Position numbers and translations under genes: made by a program. Source: an uncultured virus (IMG/VR IMGVR_UViG_3300027969_000051) (Duplodnaviria; Heunggongvirae; Uroviricota; Caudoviricetes). From it: a DNA stretch of 20,000 nt. Positions 17,084 through 20,000 of the stretch are shown here, in pieces. Location of the stretch: IMG/VR virus record IMGVR_UViG_3300027969_000051. One strand, given 5' to 3'. Every line of letters begins with the position of its first letter. Position 1 is the first letter of the stretch. The notes under the pieces are model-generated. The model saw nothing but the letters and a program-made list of their open reading frames with translations, did not search any database and was not told the origin of the DNA.

Positions 17084-17940
17084 TAAGTTCCCCACTCATT
17101 TTTAAATAGTGGCACTTGTAAACGGTCACTATAACGTAGTCCGTTTTTCATAGCCAATATTGCTACGTTTTTATTGTTCATTGCGTACACACTTTCTACT
17201 CCGCCTACTGGCATTAGATAAACATGTCCTTTAAATCCTGCCTTACGATATTCTTCAGTAGCACGTTGGGCATCTTCAAAGTCTTGTTCGGTGGCAATAA
17301 CAAATTTTAAGTATGCTGTTCCACGTTTTTCATACTCGCATACTACTTCCGGAAGGATAGCTTCTTCCCACTTCTCACCACTGCATGGAAGTTTAGCACT
17401 AACTGAAAATGTAATTTCTCTATCCCATTGTTCAGCAGTCCATTCGCCTAGATAATGTTTAAACTCTTCTGTTAGCTTTTGAGTACCGTTTGTTTCAAAC
17501 GTAATTTCTTTTAGTCCAGCCATTTTAGGATGATTCAACAGGTCTGGATAAGCACGTTGCCAACCTAATAGTGGCTCACCACCTGTAATTACCAAGTGTT
17601 CATCTTTCCAGTGATCCTGCGGAAGTATTTCCATAATGCGATCTGCGATTGCTTCGCTTGTAAGCATTGGACTGAGTTCTTTAAAGTCAGGATGCCAACT
17701 GGCGTAGCTGTCACATCCTGTACTAACCAATGGCAAGTCTTCATACTTTTGAAAAGACTCGATCATAGTATGTGTTGCCGCAATGTCTATTGCTTCGTGA
17801 CTCATCTCACCACGCGGCATACCAAAGCCTGCACATTTAAAGTTGCATCCAAATGTACGCAAGAAAACAGACGGGACGCCCATGTAGCGTCCTTCACCTT
17901 GAATACTATAAAATAATTCTGCTATTTTGATCTTACTCAT
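17083..17940 (-). CDS. queE: 7-carboxy-7-deazaguanine synthase-like radical SAM enzyme
   Basis: ELFYSIQGEG...PSVFLRTFGCNFKC...CDS, ITGGEPLL, FETNGT, LKFVI, YLMP and RLQVPLF motifs; near folE; ATGA overlap supports a start at 17940. Confidence 0.88.
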   Translation of the reverse strand: MSKIKIAELFYSIQGEGRYMGVPSVFLRTFGCNFKCAGFGMPRGEMSHEAIDIAATHTMIESFQKYEDLPLVSTGCDSYASWHPDFKELSPMLTSEAIADRIMEILPQDHWKDEHLVITGGEPLLGWQRAYPDLLNHPKMAGLKEITFETNGTQKLTEEFKHYLGEWTAEQWDREITFSVSAKLPCSGEKWEEAILPEVVCEYEKRGTAYLKFVIATEQDFEDAQRATEEYRKAGFKGHVYLMPVGGVESVYAMNNKNVAILAMKNGLRYSDRLQVPLFKNEWGT

Positions 17941-18326
17941 GCGCAATCACCTTGTTCTGCTAGTTTTGTTATTATAGCACGTTCTTCTTTGTTTTGCCTA
18001 GCATTACGAAAAGCCTCAACATCATCAATAGCACTTTTCAAAGTTTCTGCATAATTGAGTGCTTGTTGTTTATTTAGGTGTACGCTAGATTCGGTGTCAA
18101 TATATCCTTTAGTCAATAATGTCCAAATATGATACCAACGTGTCTTAGACCAGTAATTTGTTTTGCCCGTAGTATAAATGGTTACTTGAATATCGCAGTC
18201 GTCTGCTTCTACCCACATATTATGATTATGGGTTTCGTCATGGCAGTCACATGCAACACGATAAACTTTTGAGTCACCCCAATCGTTTGTTTTCATTATA
18301 CCTTCTGCTGGCACTTGTGCGTTCAT
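17937..18326 (-). CDS. Hypothetical protein with a CxC-x4-H motif
   Basis: 129 aa, VACDCHDETHNH; coupled to both neighbours. Confidence 0.7.
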   Translation of the reverse strand: MNAQVPAEGIMKTNDWGDSKVYRVACDCHDETHNHNMWVEADDCDIQVTIYTTGKTNYWSKTRWYHIWTLLTKGYIDTESSVHLNKQQALNYAETLKSAIDDVEAFRNARQNKEERAIITKLAEQGDCA

Positions 18327-18619
18327 CGTAATACCTCTAGTGTTGAAATTTTAGCAATCTTTTCGCCAAAATCTTCGTCTCTGCCAATAATATAAATTTG
18401 ATGATCAGATCTATCATTTTTACGATCGTATCGACTAAACTCTACAATCTTGCCACCTACAGCACTATACACTTTAAAATTTAAAGTAGGTTCGCTGTTA
18501 ATATCTTTAGTGCTTAGTGAATTAACAGCTCTTGGGGTACTACCCCATTGTTCCTCCTGAATATAGGTATCTTGTGCGCTGTTAATCCAATCACGTAGTT
18601 TAAGTTTCAACCAATTCAT
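18323..18619 (-). CDS. Hypothetical protein
   Basis: 98 aa, ATGA overlaps on both sides. Confidence 0.7.
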   Translation of the reverse strand: MNWLKLKLRDWINSAQDTYIQEEQWGSTPRAVNSLSTKDINSEPTLNFKVYSAVGGKIVEFSRYDRKNDRSDHQIYIIGRDEDFGEKIAKISTLEVLR

Positions 18620-18834
18620 TCTGTGTCCTCTTCAAACCATTCGTCGACCATAGCTTCTGCTTCTGTTTGGGTAAGTGCAGGAACAAAAATTCTAGCAGGT
18701 TGTCCAACCGTATGTTGAATACTAAACTTAACTACACCTGTTGGGATATGATCAAAGTCTCTTTCTACAACAAATTCTTGTAAATTTTTAGCACGATTAA
18801 TTAATTGATCGCATAGATCTTTAGCTGTTGTCAT
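18616..18834 (-). CDS. Hypothetical protein
   Basis: 72 aa, ATGA overlap with the folE stop. Confidence 0.65.
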   Translation of the reverse strand: MTTAKDLCDQLINRAKNLQEFVVERDFDHIPTGVVKFSIQHTVGQPARIFVPALTQTEAEAMVDEWFEEDTE

Positions 18835-19601
18835 CTTGTGGCAAACTCCTGTTGTAGTTTAACATTGTCCATAAACTCTTTCTTTGTACCAGCATCGTCT
18901 TTAAACGCACCCTTAAGTACAGTAGTCTGTGTTAGACTAGAGTGTGCCATAATGCCACGATTCTCACAGCAACCATGTGTGGCCTGTATGTAGACTGCTA
19001 CATTTTCTGATCCAGTTGCTTTGCTTATTTCTCTTGCGATATCGTTACACAGTTCTTCTTGCAGTGTTCCTCTTCGGGCACACCACTGAGCGATCCTCGT
19101 ATACTTGCTAAGTCCGATGAGCTTCTGAGCGGCAATAATGCCAATATAGGCAACACCAGCAACGGGTTGGTGATGATGACTACAAATAGAACGAAGCTCA
19201 CTTCGAACAACCAACATACCTTCGTAGCGATCTTCACCATCATTTGGAAACGCTGTTGCTGTTGGTGCTGGGTCATATCTACCTGCCATTATTTCATTAA
19301 AATACATCTTGGCAAGCCTACGTGCTGTGCCTTTACTGTTAGGGTCTGTTTCGCGATCAATAAGCAAGCGATCAAGTACTAGTTCAAATGCTTCTGTGGC
19401 TTCATTGATTAGTTTTTCTTTTTCACCTGCATGGAGAAACTCGCTGATATTATCACCTGCCCAATATCTTTTGCCTTCTCTATTCATTCGAAATCGAATG
19501 TGATCTGCTAGATATGATTCTTTATAATCTTTGTTGTCATCGCCTTGCTGTTCTGCGCCAGCAATGACGTTGTTCAAATCTTCTGTTGTAAATGTTGTCA
19601 A
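18831..19601 (-). CDS. folE: GTP cyclohydrolase I
   Basis: SICSHH, IGLSKYTRI, RGTLQEELC and HGCCENRG motifs; TTG start with SD GGAG. Confidence 0.95.
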   Translation of the reverse strand: MTTFTTEDLNNVIAGAEQQGDDNKDYKESYLADHIRFRMNREGKRYWAGDNISEFLHAGEKEKLINEATEAFELVLDRLLIDRETDPNSKGTARRLAKMYFNEIMAGRYDPAPTATAFPNDGEDRYEGMLVVRSELRSICSHHHQPVAGVAYIGIIAAQKLIGLSKYTRIAQWCARRGTLQEELCNDIAREISKATGSENVAVYIQATHGCCENRGIMAHSSLTQTTVLKGAFKDDAGTKKEFMDNVKLQQEFATR

Positions 19602-19639
19602 TTTATTCTCCGAGTTAGTGACGTGGATGTCTTTGTATT

Positions 19640-19668
19640 AGTATATAGGTTTATTTAGGTTTTTGCAA
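19640..19668 (-). promoter_or_regulatory. Putative sigma70 promoter TTGCAA-17-TATACT for the folE-queE operon
   Basis: The minus strand reads TTGCAA aaacctaaataaaccta TATACT; the spacer contains CTAAATA. Confidence 0.6.
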
Positions 19669-19860
19669 GTAATTTTCTGCTCGAAGTTTACGACATTGTT
19701 CTTTAACTTCAATAGGATAGTCTGGACTGATCTCAGAAATTGAGCAGTCATATCTAATAACATCGCTTTTTTTTGGAAGCGATAAAAATATTACTGGTAT
19801 TGTTATAAAAAATACAATAACAATTATTCCTACAATCGTTCGCTCAACAGTATGCGACAT
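19651..19860 (-). CDS. Small single-pass membrane protein with a two-Cys C-terminal domain
   Basis: Hydrophobic stretch IVGIIVIVFFITIPVIFL followed by YDCSISEISPDYPIEVKEQCR. Confidence 0.65.
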   Translation of the reverse strand: MSHTVERTIVGIIVIVFFITIPVIFLSLPKKSDVIRYDCSISEISPDYPIEVKEQCRKLRAENYLQKPK

Positions 19861-20000
19861 AAGTCTGCGTCCTTTTCATTATTGAATTTAAATGTCATAA
19901 AATCTTCATGCGGAGTATATACAAATCTATGACCCGGCAATCCAAATACTTCCATAACCATAGCACAGCATTCATTCCACCACGGAACGCTTTGATGGTC
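19830..20000 (-). CDS. 3' part of a small hypothetical protein (absent from the ORF track, truncated by the window)
   Basis: Open frame from 20000: DHQSVPWWNECCAMVMEVFGLPGHRFVYTPHEDFMTFKFNNEKDADLCRILLSERL*, with TAG at 19832-19830. Confidence 0.65.
   Translation of the reverse strand, partial: DHQSVPWWNECCAMVMEVFGLPGHRFVYTPHEDFMTFKFNNEKDADLCRILLSERL

Noticed and set aside
1..20000. tRNA, CRISPR array, intron/intein, mobile element, DGR repeat or stop-codon recoding
   Set aside because: I saw no cloverleaf, spaced nucleotide repeats, interrupted conserved genes or near-identical repeat pairs by eye. Genes are intact in the standard code, and the paralog similarities are diverged and mainly at protein level.

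Overview
AT-rich, gene-dense segment that looks like part of a large tailed-phage (jumbo or T4-like myovirus-type) genome, with two convergent blocks. The + strand (1-8747) carries late/structural genes: the 3' end of a tail-fibre-like protein with a C-terminal chaperone-type domain, two paralogous Gly/Ser/Thr-rich virion proteins and a putative fibre chaperone. These are followed by a translationally coupled cluster of four GT-A-type glycosyltransferase-like genes (two paralogous pairs) around one unknown gene. The - strand (8725-20000) carries nucleotide/replication genes: folE and a queE-like radical SAM gene (7-deazaguanine pathway), a T4 RNase H-like 5'-3' exonuclease, a MoxR-type AAA+ ATPase with a HExxH/VWA partner, thyX and many small hypotheticals. 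Non-coding signals include near-consensus sigma70 promoters (one with a UUCG hairpin filling its spacer) and T4-late-like (T/G)ATAA(A/C/T)TA boxes next to hairpins at ribosome-binding regions. All product calls come from motif recognition by eye; no searches were run.
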